64,000 bases of DNA from Eledone cirrhosa (taxonomy: Eukaryota), in NCBI GenBank assembly GCA_964016885.1, contig OZ024742.1:219170001-219234000 (forward strand), written 5' to 3'. Below the pieces are notes generated by a model. That model saw only the letters and a program-made list of their open reading frames with translations. It had not been told where the DNA came from and searched no databases. Below, one piece after another: positions 17,001 through 28,920 of the stretch (position 1 is the first letter of the stretch; each line of letters starts with the position of its first letter). Position numbers and translations under genes: made by a program.

Positions 17001-17304
17001 ATATATATATGTGTGTGTGTGTATGTATATATATTTGTGTATATATGTGTGTATATATATATATATCATCATCACCGTTTTACGTCCATTCTTCCATGTT
17101 AGCATGGGTTAGACGGGTTGTCCTGTTGTGGGCAGTGCCCAGTCAGCCGACTTTGTCTTGCTCATACAAGAACTGATTTTGGCTCGATTTCTACAGCTGG
17201 ATGCCCTTCCTAACACCAACCTCATTTACTAGATGCTTTTTTGCTGTGACATCTCCACGACCACTTTGCAGTGGGAGGGCGTGGGGGTATATTGTCTATA
17301 TGCT

Positions 17305-17820
17305 TCAGCTACGGCTTGTACCCGTGGGAAGTTGGGTCTTCTGTATTACTGCATGATGCCAGAAGTCACGTTCCTGTGACATCACCTTTGAGAGGTGCAA
17401 TTGGGTAAGGTCGGCTTTTATCACTTCATCCCAGGTCTTCTTGGGTCTCCCCACTCCACGGCTTCCATAAACTTCCAGTGCTCTGCACCTTTTTATGCAG
17501 CTGTCATCTTTCATACGCATCACATGTCCATACCAACACAACCTTCTCTCCTGCACACAGCTTTTGGTTCCTTTTATGCTCAGTCTCTCTCTCAATTCAT
17601 TTATATATATATATATCGTTGGGGGAGTAGACAGCTATGTTTACTTAGGAAGATGGTGACAAAGGACGGCGACCTTCTCCCGGAGATCAAAAGAATTACG
17701 CTTGGATAGGCGGCCTTTGGAAAGGTATGTAACATCATGAAGAATCCCAAGGCCACCATGCGAATAAAGCGGAAAATCTTCAACGAGCACATCTTGCCAG
17801 TGAAACCTGGGCAATGAATA
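17305..17820. mobile_element. Two RTE-like LINE fragments in opposite orientation
   Basis: (-) VQERRLCWYGHVMRM..GRPKKTWDEVIKADL; (+) YVYL..KDGDLLPEIKRITLG..AFGK. Confidence 0.6.
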
Positions 17821-18639
17821 ATAGATATATATATATAGAGAAAGAAGGTAAAGACCCAACCGCAAAGCAAAGTGGTTTTGGCTTGTATTCAGTCTGGTTT
17901 TTACCTTCCTCTATACCCACTATGCTTCTTCTCATGCATTGAGTACTCTCTTGATTTATAAAAATAAAAGAAAGGGAACACAAACATTGAAATTAAAAAT
18001 CAATATTGTAGGGTTTGCTCCTTACAATATCTGGTCAATAGTTACAAAGACAATGTCTTTTTAAATAAAAAAGGGAAAAGAACGCTCCAAAATAATGATT
18101 TTGAATACATGGGTAAAAGCATGTATTTAACTATTTTAACATAAATATTTTCATAAACAGTATTTTTTCAATGCTTGGCTTCAAGTTGAAAATGTGTTAT
18201 TATTTAGAGTTTTACAACTAAATAAATAATAAAGTTTTTAAAACATTTTTATTGTTTTGTGGATCTTTTTTTTTTAATGTCAAAAAAATTGTGTAGCCTT
18301 GTCTGTCTGTGTGTTGTTAAGGAGTTTGATTTAGAACCATGTAGCTCTATATTATCACAATGCTGTATATTCAGAAAAATATTTTTTTCACTGAAATTTC
18401 AGGTTGACGAATACTGTGTGAGAGTTATTTGGATGACAGAAACTGCAGGAGTCTATCACACAAACATACAGACACACATACATATACATAGACACAAGAC
18501 ATACACATACTCACATACATGTCCAACCATTGGTAGCATGAAATAACATGAAAAATTATCAAGATGATTATGATGATGATGAAGATGGTGTGTGTGCATG
18601 TTTGTTAAGAGAAGTCTAAAAAGGCCTATCTAATATATA

Positions 18640-18815
18640 ATTGTTTCTACTTTTGGCATAAGGCCAGCAATTATCCCAGTGTATTTATTTTATCGACCCT
18701 GTAAGGATGAAAGGCAAAGTTAACCTCGGCGGGATTTGAACTCAGATCATAAAGGGAGGTAACTCTATGCTTCAAAGCAGCGTCCGACCCTCTACCGATA
18801 CTGCCAATCCACCGT
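18640..18815 (-). mobile_element. Full-length tRNA-derived SINE (family A)
   Basis: The reverse complement begins ggtggattggcagtatcggtagagggtcggac (A box) .. gagttcaaatcccgccgagg (B box). Confidence 0.85.
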
Positions 18816-19239
18816 CTGGAGAACTGTGAGACTGTGTCAGAGTTATTTTTCTGAAAACGTTATTAAAATGAGTTGGATTACTTTGATTAAATCATGAATG
18901 AATATTATGTAATTTATCTACTAAATTTCGTAGCTCTTGATTAAACATAAATATTCTTATATAAAATGTATTGCTTATTTCAAGATTCACTTCTTTTAAA
19001 GTTTTCAAATATCAACACTTCTGTTAGCATTCGTTATATCATTTTCATAACATTTCACCGTAATCCCATTTAAATATGTCATCTTTTTAAAATATATCAC
19101 GGATTACTTTACTGATTGCAAAAGAAACTGTAACACAGTCTTCATTCAAGTTCTGTGCATATTGTCAATTACGATTTTATTTACAGTTGTGTAAATACCG
19201 TTACAAATGTAGTTTTGTTTTATTGTTTCACTAACATAA

Positions 19240-19510
19240 GAAAAATAAGAAAAGAGAAAGGAAAAAAATAAAACACACAAGCAGGTAATTCACACATCTA
19301 GGACCACATACAACAAAGGCCAGGCGAATGGGGTGGACAAACGAACCACTGCCAAAGCAAAAGATAACAATATTGTGAGGAACACTGGGAAACCTCTTTA
19401 ATAGTTTTTGAGGCAAGCCAGCATTACCTTGGATCATGGCGAGGCTGATGCACTGGAACAGCCAAGCATCACCATCACCAGTTACCTCTGGCGAGCCATC
19501 AGGGAAGACA
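19240..19510 (-). mobile_element. Short 5'-truncated 3' end of the same CRE-like family
   Basis: Similar to 20610-20870 (3' ORF end and 3' UTR: catctaggacca..aaccactgcca..cactgggaaacctct). Confidence 0.65.
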
Positions 19511-20619
19511 ATTTACTTTTCAATTTACATATATCTATATGCATATATTGTGTATATATCAATATGCACACTAAATATGCTAGCAGAAAACTGCCCGCAG
19601 GGTTGTTTTTCTGCTCGTATTGTATAATTTAAGAGTAGTCTAAAAATCCAATGAGTTATTGTTGTGTTCCTTCATGTCCTGTAACATAGTAGTACAACAG
19701 AGATTGATAATTACCAGACTGAAAACAAACAGTAGTAGTAGTAGTAACATCAGCATCGCCACTACTACCACCCCAATCACTACCAACATCACCACCACTA
19801 CCACCATCAGCATTATCTCACCACCACTACCAACATCATCATCCTTATCATTACCATCACCACCGCTACTGTCACCATCATCGTTGACATCAACATTGTT
19901 GTATGTCCACTTTCTATGCTGACATTGGTCAGACAGGTCTTTACAGTTTGAGTCAGTTCTTAATTGGAGTTACTGCACTTCTAAATGGATTGGAGAATCA
20001 CATTTCACTGTTATATTCCTATTTTGGTGGAATTTGTATGGTTGGATGCCCTAATACCAACCAATTTACAGAGTGTACAGGGTGTATTTTACTGGAGCAT
20101 TAGTACTAAAGATGTCATATTTTTAATAAGACTAAGGAATCCTATCTACACATTCTCATCAATAACTTTATAGTGTAAATGAATGTTCAAACCTTACTAC
20201 TGTTACTGAGTTGTGCACTTGGGCCTTTAACTCTTGATATAATCGTGGTGGACGCCTCTTGATACACGTGTCTAGGGCATTCTTTTAAACCTGGCAGAGT
20301 CCATTCATCTCTGGGTCAGAACACAGCCTATATCTTACAGAGAAATTATTAACATTTGAAACAAAATTATAAAGATCTATAAATTTATTCCTCAAAATAA
20401 ATGTGAAGTTTCCACGAATTCCACTAGTTATGTATTAATTTCTGTATTTTGATACGTAGGGAAAAACAGACTTTGTTAAAGAAATGTCTTCAGATTGTAG
20501 ACTTGAAATTCACCATCAACCAATTAGTAAATAAACTTTTTTTTTTCTCTATTGAAAAATATAACTATATTGACAGTAGTTTTATTCACAATTGTATAAA
20601 TAATATTACAAATAAAAAA

Positions 20620-23300
20620 AGAGAAAGCACACACAAGTAGGTAATATACACATCTAGGACCAGATACATCAAAAGGCAAGCGAAAGGAGTGGATAAACAA
20701 ACCACTGCCAGAACAAAAGATAATATTGCGAAGAGCACTGGGAAACCTCTCTATTAATTTTTTAGGCAAGTCAGCATGCTCGCAGTGTAACCTTGGGTGA
20801 TGGTGAGGCTGATGTGCCGGAACAGCCAAGTGCCTTCACCAGTTACCTCAGTTAGGCGAGCTGCCAGTGATGACAAGAACCTCGCAGTTAGCGGCCCAAT
20901 TCTCCCAAATGTCTCAAATGTCACAGGCTGGAAAAGGGAGTTAACCAACAGATCTTGGTATTTCAGGATTTTATTCCATTCGGCTACTGAATCTGTAACT
21001 CTTGCTCTGACCACAACATCAAGGATGAGAGACAAAAATGTGTCACTAAATGTGACCTCCAAGATAAGACACTTGCCTTTTATCCAGGGGCACAGGGTAA
21101 GACCGTTAATCCTTTTTCCATCAATTCTGGACAACCCAGACAGTTCCGAAAGGGAAGAGATGTTTGCCCGGGCCAAAGCTCCCTTGATGATGAAGTTTAG
21201 CTCAGTGTGACGCATGAAGCGACTGGCATTCAGATGACAAGATAGACCGTGGAGTCGAGGAGCCTACCACACCGATATTTCAGACCCGTACAGACATCGG
21301 CTTCCACTCCGAGGGCAATGGAGACATGAAGATCGTCCAAGCTGAGTAGGCCACTGATGTTAGCCATGGGTAGGGCATCAACCCAATCACGAGAGTATTT
21401 GATGCTAGCAGACAGTAAGCAGCACCCTGAGAACTGATCTGACTGGTCAAAGAGAGAGTCAAAGGTGGCTTTCAAATGTATGTTGTCCCAAACTCTTTGT
21501 CTCAAATTTGTCTACCATCTTGTGAGGGACAAACCCAACTCTCTCCATCATAGAAGAGCTTCATCCATCTCCCTGTTCGAATTGGTACATGTTGGAAAGA
21601 AGAGGGTGGAGGAAAGCAAGCAATGGAGAGAGAGTCTGACAATGATCACGCACTCAGGTCTCTCGAAGATTAGGTTGTCAAAGTGTTGGAGACATGACAA
21701 AAATCTGTATGAAGGGCTAACCCTGCGCATATATAGTAACTTCGGAATCGATAAGTAATTCCTGAGTATAAAAAAAACCTTGATGGGGCTCGATTGCCTC
21801 AATGTTCTTCAATAATTGCTCAAGGTTAGCCATCTTGGATTGGAAAATTGACTTAAAAGCTAGGTCTGTAATTGGGGCTCCTAAGGAGCGTCATGCTGAC
21901 AGGGGAGGGACTGCAATAGAAGGGAATGACTCTGCAAACAGGTCTATTGTCTGTTGATGTTGAGAAGGTGGGTGGCTAAGAATCCAGAGCTCACATTTGG
22001 AGCTATTGACCTGGAAACACTGACGACCAAGCTCTTCAATCATTTTATTTGCTGTTATAAAAACCTTATCCGGATGTCCCTCAAACAAGCATCATTAAGA
22101 TACCAAACATTTAAATCCAGCTCAATCCCCAGCTTGGTTATGTCATCAATGCTCAGTGCAAACAGAGCGGGCCCAAGTGGGACACCCCGTTGAACTCCTG
22201 AGGCAGAAATGATGATTTGGTCACCAAAAGAGAGGTAGAAGGGGCTCCAATAATCCTGCCAAGCAAAGTGGTAGAGTTGTGGAACCCTCTCTCTTACTGA
22301 GCTGAAGACGACATCACGGCTGACGGAATTGAAGGCATTCTTGAGGTCAAGTTTGAGGATGACTCAGGGGACTTGGAGGGCAAGTTGGTAAAAGCTCTGG
22401 TAGTGTGAGCAGCAGCCTCACATCCCAGCTGGATGACAGAAAATTCCTCCGACAGTGAATCAGAGACTAATAGCAAACACACCTTTGCAGTAAGATGACG
22501 AAGGGTGCAACCAACCGCAATAGGGCGCAGGCCTTCATTGGGCTTTGTGAGTCCAATTAGTTTCACACCAAAGACAACCGATTCTCAAACTGAGTCAGAT
22601 TCTCCAGGAGCTTGAGTCCAGCATCACCAGCCAATAAGGAGATACCATCTTTGAGGTACTGAGGTCGTAGACCATCAATCCCCACACCAGAACCAGCGGG
22701 GAAGGATGCAATCGCCTTTCTGGTGTTATCAGTAGTGTAGATGAGTCTTGAGTATTCTTGTGGTTCAGGCTAGTGTAACTGGTCATCCAGAGGGGCCGTT
22801 GAGTGCTACTCTTTCAGTCACTTGCAAGAGAAGAAAGAGTAGAGAGGAGACGGACAGCCCCTTTAATGTCAAATTCACTGAGCTTAGCATTAACAGCATG
22901 TTTTAGGTTTATCAGTTGCCTGTTGATAGACACCGAGCTTGATTCCAATCTGAGGTGAGAAGTTTTTTCGGTGAACTCAAACAGCTGGAACTGTTACCTG
23001 AGAGACGTGAGGGAGCCAGATTTCATATTGTGCACATGGAGAGAGATGAGAGGGAACAAAAAGGTACCGACTTATGCAGGCACAGAGAGACCAATTAGGT
23101 GGTGAGCTTATAGCTACCGACAGGAGAGGGTCAACATTGGAATTTGGGCGAGGGAGCGGTGGGAGTGAAGTAACAATAAAGGCATGGTAAACAGTATTGT
23201 CTCTAACGGTGGGAGTCTAACGGAGGTTTGGCAATGCTGGGTGTGGGCTAGCTGTTATAGGAGTGGTGAGCTGAGCAAGGTTAATTCCATTTGAATCCAA
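20620..23300 (-). mobile_element. Decayed CRE-like non-LTR retrotransposon, copy 2
   Basis: KPNEGLRPIAVGCTLR, GCEAAAH, RHTELNFIIKGAL, GLSRIDGKRINGLTLCPW..EVTFSDT, KILKYQ..FQPVTFETFGRIGP. Colinear with 6865-9260, with reciprocal deletions. Confidence 0.8.
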
Positions 23301-25506
23301 CGCTGGAGAGGAGAGGTTAAAACATTGAAGAGAGGGAGCTAGAATTAAAGAAAGAATTTTGAAATGTACCAAAAAAACAATGGAAAAATTTGGGTTTTTT
23401 TTAAACAAAAACGATGGGAAAACAAAAGGTGTTAATTAATTGACCGTGTAGTTAATAGGTCATTCAATACCTTAAAGACAGTGCAAAAGTAGAGTGGTGA
23501 TATTAAAACAGTGAAGAGAGGAAGTTAAAACTGAAAAAAGAATTTTGAGATGTACCAAATATGAGGTGAAGTCGTAGACAAAATTATGTTCGTTTTCTTC
23601 TAGTATGTTTTCTTTTTTTCTTTGTTACCATGCTGTTTGGAAGTTACTGTATTTATTGCGTTGCCTGGTCACCAGTAGCAAAACCAGAGAAGGTTGCATT
23701 CAGAAATATTGTGTGCTCGATAGTGACATGAATAGTATCTAAAATTGGAATAAATAATTGGAAATGTATAGTTTTGTGGATGTCCAGTTTGGGAACACGA
23801 CACTAATTGATTCAAAATAATACAGAATATATTTGTCTGGTAAAAAAACAAGAATAGTTATTACGTTGATTTATCAATAATTATTTAATGCAAGGGAGAT
23901 AACTGGAATAAACGTAAGTTACACAAACCTTATAGTACGTACTGCGTGAATACGAGAAAAATGATTTTCAGCCGTGACGTTTTTGACAGCGTACACACAC
24001 ATACATACAAACAATGAGTTATTTGGTTTGTTGGTTATTCAACAAAGTTAATTTTACAACAGTTTAGAAGCACTCAACAAGAGTTGAGTATCAATAGTAT
24101 TAATAAATGGAAAATATCTTTATAAAACTATATTTTATTATACGTATTTCAAGGGAACTAATATATATATAAGTACTAAAGGAAAATCAATCTTCTTTTA
24201 TTAAAAAATAGTTTTTTATCGCTTACAAATGTTTCAGGCAAACTATGACATCGGCTCATTTAAATGCTGTATGAACGTTACTTGTTTTCGTTGTTGTAAA
24301 ACTTAAAGCGAGTCCCAAATCACAATCTGCCCTCTTCAGAGTGACAAAAAAATCTATTTCAATGATTAGTCACATAAACCACTTTTTCACTTAAGCATTT
24401 ATCATAATAGGAACCAACAGAAAATAAGTTGAAAGAAAATTTTTTTTCTGGGTTTTGTTGAATTTATGAATTGTCTTTCTTTATCGTTCGGTTACAGTAT
24501 GTATGAGTCGATGAAATAAAGTACTAGCAATGCACTGGGGTCGATTTAATAGACTTTCCCCTTCCCCAAAAGTGTTGGCCTTTCAGTGAAGCGGAGAACA
24601 GGACCTGCACTTCAGGGGTAGATCGCTCTTTCTTACGTTTGTCATTTAATAAATAATTCAACAAATCAGTTTGTTCTTATTTTGCATATAGTTTAACTAA
24701 AGCTACAATACCATTAAAAGGACAAGATATGCATGGCTGTAACACAGGATTAAACAATAATTCTGCCATAAGATATATTCTGTTGTGGTTTAGCCCTGAT
24801 CAGGCAGACCTTAAAATGTGGATCCTGCCAGAAGCAACCATCTCTAATCGATCTGGTTGGATCCCCAAGGGTGTACAGGAATGCATTATCTAATGAGTCT
24901 TCTTTTGTTTGGGTTTTTATTTTCTTTCAAGATGTGATTTATAAGAGATTTGGCTGTTATTTCTAACAGGTCAAGTTTTCACTTACATCATCAAATCTTG
25001 TAGTCTATTTCTTTAATAAGCACTGTCACACCACTGAAGACTTCGGTTTGGGATTCGCCAGTGCTTACTGGCAAGTAAACCAACTATTAAAATAAATATA
25101 GAAGTTTCTGAATATTTTAAGCACTTCAAGCATAAGACTCTGCAAATCTAAAACTTGCCCTTGGGCAAGGTTCTCTTGCCAATACACTTCAGGTGGATCC
25201 ACTGAAGACAACTGTCACAGAGTACAGAATCCATGTTGTTCAAGTCACACAACTGCTGTGCTGACGATCTCAAGGCTCCTTACACATGTTCCACAGCCTG
25301 CCAACAATCTGGATCAAAATATCTGCAGATCTTCTGGATTGACACATTTTCATCTAGACATCCTGTTGGTATTGCAGACGGATTTTACAGTATCTTCAGA
25401 GAGTTCTCCCCACATAGCATGAAAGGCATCTTTATCAGTGACAAAGTAGCTAAGTATCTGTAGATCCCTGTTACTGGATGATTTCTTAATGAATGGAGTT
25501 GGCTTA

Positions 25507-26622
25507 TCAAGTATTGATATTATTCTTGGGAAGTTCTGTGACAGTACTATTTGACCCTTTGGGTTTACCCCTTTTCTTTGACTTTGGAGGCAAAGTGGTA
25601 TTGTCCAAGATAGGATCAGCAGTTTCTAGAAATGCACATGGCTCTAGAGCTGTGGGTGATTCTGGTTCTTGTTTGATTGCAGATAGTTCTATATCAGTAG
25701 GAGTTTGCTGATCATTCTGCAAGTCCGGCAAAATATCCTGTGTTGTGTGTCCAGTCATGTTAAGGTCATGGTAAATTGACATGTTAGTTGGTGGTGGATC
25801 CTGCACAAAAACTCCTATAATTTCTGCCTGTTTTCCTGCTTCCCATATCTTTGTTAATTTTTCTAACACACAAAGTCTTTCCTCATAGTGTTCGTCACAC
25901 TCTGAAGCTAAGGAAGCCAGTTTCTGCCCAACTAGTAAAGCCCTCATGTATTTGTCGTCTGCAGTCAGGTGACATCTAGGGGTGAGACTGACACTTGGCT
26001 GTTCAGAAATGCTGCCAGCTAGAGGCTTAAACATCTGGTGACCTGTTATGTAGTTCTGCGTAGTCCAACTTTTAGCTTCTGTGGATGGTTTGGACATGGC
26101 AGTAGTGGCAATGTTGTGAATATCCTTCATGAGCAGGGGCTTGCCTGTGGTCTCAGTGAGTTGTTGACAAACCATCTTCCTGTTGCCCGTAACCTTTAGC
26201 ATTTCAGCTGCTCTGTCTTTGTCAGACTGGTCTAGACGTCTTTGTGCTGGCAAGAGGTTGTACAGTGGCTCGGATACCTTATGGTTGTGATCACTAACGT
26301 ACTTTGTGAGGACTAAGCTCTGTCCATCTTCACTGGATCTCAATTTCAGCTGGAATGGGCAGTTAACCTTGAATGTAGATTGTTTTGGTCGTTGGCCTTG
26401 GGATCTACTTATATATCTTCTGCCACCATGCACACAGGAGTACCACAGCTCATAGTACTTGATGTCAGGATTGAACTTGCGATTCGGCATTCTCTTCTGA
26501 GCTGCAGCAATTGTTCTACTGTCTCTTTTCCACAACTGCACGTAGTTGGTGGACTGGTAAATTTTCAGTATTTCTTCTAATTCAAAAAATGAACTGAAAA
26601 TATCTCCAACACCGAGTTCCAT
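25507..26622 (-). CDS. 371-aa MULE-transposase-derived protein, paralog 2
   Basis: Intact ORF of identical length to paralog 1; 16 aa differences by manual count; all Zn ligands and the IKQEPESP motif are conserved. Confidence 0.85.
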   Translation of the reverse strand: MELGVGDIFSSFFELEEILKIYQSTNYVQLWKRDSRTIAAAQKRMPNRKFNPDIKYYELWYSCVHGGRRYISRSQGQRPKQSTFKVNCPFQLKLRSSEDGQSLVLTKYVSDHNHKVSEPLYNLLPAQRRLDQSDKDRAAEMLKVTGNRKMVCQQLTETTGKPLLMKDIHNIATTAMSKPSTEAKSWTTQNYITGHQMFKPLAGSISEQPSVSLTPRCHLTADDKYMRALLVGQKLASLASECDEHYEERLCVLEKLTKIWEAGKQAEIIGVFVQDPPPTNMSIYHDLNMTGHTTQDILPDLQNDQQTPTDIELSAIKQEPESPTALEPCAFLETADPILDNTTLPPKSKKRGKPKGSNSTVTELPKNNINT

Positions 26623-27272
26623 GGCTATACTGAATGGATGTTGTTACGGTTGAGAATTTTTATAATCGGAGATTTGGTTATTTCACCAGTTACTTAAGAA
26701 CTTTAGCAGAAAGTAAAATATTTACCTTATACTTGTGTAATTAATACTTGTGATTAACTCTCACGTCTAAAGACTGTAGTCACTCCTAGGGTTCTAAAAC
26801 ACTATATTTAGCGGTAAAATAAGCTTATAATGCGCCTTTGTCTATTTTACCGGGACAGGCTAGAGTTGCGACCCTTTATGGTCTCTGGTAAAATAAGCTT
26901 AAAAAGCATTTTTCTCTTTTTTCCGGGATCGGATAAGTAGCCTATTCCTTAATTCTACTCCAGGCAAGTATTTTTGACGATATACAAATATCGAAAAAAA
27001 TATAAAATATAATTTAAAAAATCAGTTACACAATATTTTGCCGTCGGGACATCAATATTGAAAACACCGTTTTACCGTAAACGAAAATGTTTTTCTTTTC
27101 AGTGATATTTACTATGATTCAATCTTGCGACATTTGAAACTTATATTTATCCTTATATGATATATATTTATTGTTATTATTTTTAGTATGTATTTATATA
27201 TATTTATTACCATTATATCTCTGGTTTGTAAATACAACATAGACATTACGATTATTCCAGTTTGTGATAGCT
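26623..27272. promoter_or_regulatory. Candidate bidirectional promoter shared by the MULE-derived gene and USP39
   Basis: Only 650 bp between the divergent start codons; direct repeats at 26813-26869 and 26887-26941; possible 5' UTR intron 26630-26725(-). Confidence 0.6.
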
Positions 27273-28841
27273 ATGGCTGATCAAGTCAACGGTAAACATC
27301 TTCATAAGAAAACTTCTACTGAAAATGTCCCAGTTAAAAAACTTAAAAAGGACAATAGATCTGGAGAAGGTAAATGGTTGTTTATTATTATGAGGTTAAT
27401 ATTTATATATTTTAAATTTACTTTTTCTAGAACACTCTAGACTTAATCTACCGCTCGCTTTATTACAACCAACTGGCTCTTGTGTCCCTTTATCGGTGTC
27501 CACTCTGTTGCAAATCTTCAGGTCGAACTTCCAGTTTAAAGACACCTTCTGTCATCCCTCCCATCTGTCTTGGAAACCCTGGAAAAGATCATGAACACCT
27601 AACTCCCCTTCCCGGCCTAAAAGTATATTTAAAAAAATAATTTCCCCTCTAGCCAGTTAAACTCTTCTCTGTTTTCAACTCAACCACAAAAATAGAGTTT
27701 ATTAACCCACTAAGCTGAGGGTTGATGTCAAAGGCCCAAACTGGGGATAGCGTGTCAAAGACCTATTGTGGTTCTTATAGCTGAAACAACAACGGCATAA
27801 TAATAATAATGGTTTTCGGAGGAGCATGACGATTAAATTAACACCAGTGCGTTACTGGTACTCTATTTTATCGACTCCGTAAGGACGAAAGGCAAAGCAA
27901 ACACCAGCGTGATTTGAACTCTAAACAGAAAGAACCACAAATACCGCAGCGGGTAAATTTACAGGAAAACACCCCTCAGACGTTTGGATTTTGAGATTGA
28001 TTTATTGAAAACAACCGAAAGAAAAAAAAATTCATATCAAATAAACCTCTGAGGGTACCCCACCACTCGCCCTCAGTTTTTTAGGGGAGAAAATGGGTCG
28101 TTTCCGACTGATGTGGAGCTCATATTCGTTGAAAATTCCCCACTGAACTGAGGGGTGTTTTTTTCTATAAATTTACTCTACAAGGCATCTTGTCTTACGT
28201 TTTACCGATATTTCCATAATACTAATAATGGATATCCTCACCTTCAGATGAAAATATCGTAAAATTCCTTGGAGTCCCAGTGCCCCTACACACTATCATC
28301 ATCGTTTTTACGTCCGTTTTGCCACTCTTGCATGGGTTGGAAAGGTCTTTCTCAGCACCGCATCTCTCCACTCATCGCATTTCTTCATCATCTCCTCTAC
28401 CAGTCTTAGTGATTTGAGGTCTGCTCTCGCAACCGCTGCCCAGGTCTTTCTTGGTCTTCCTCTACTGCAGCTTCCTTCACCCAGTGGTCATTATCTATGC
28501 GCATCATCTAAGTTCAAATCCCGCCGAGGTTGACTTTGCCTTTCATCCTTACGGGGTCGATAAAATAAAGTACCAGTAATGCACTGGGTAATTGCTGGCC
28601 TTGTGCCTAAAGTAGAGACAATTATCTATGCGCATCACATGTCCATAACAACGCAGTCTTCTCTCCTCCACACCACCTCGGATTCCTCTTAAACCCAGCT
28701 TCTCCCTCAGCTCGTTCAAGCTCTACCTTTCTCTCACACTTAAATTGTACATCTAACGAAGAATGGTTGCTTCATATGTCCTGCAGTCACAGCCCATGTT
28801 TCACTACCATGCAGCTTCGCGCACAGGCATTATACAACCGT

Positions 28842-28920
<79 letters not shown>

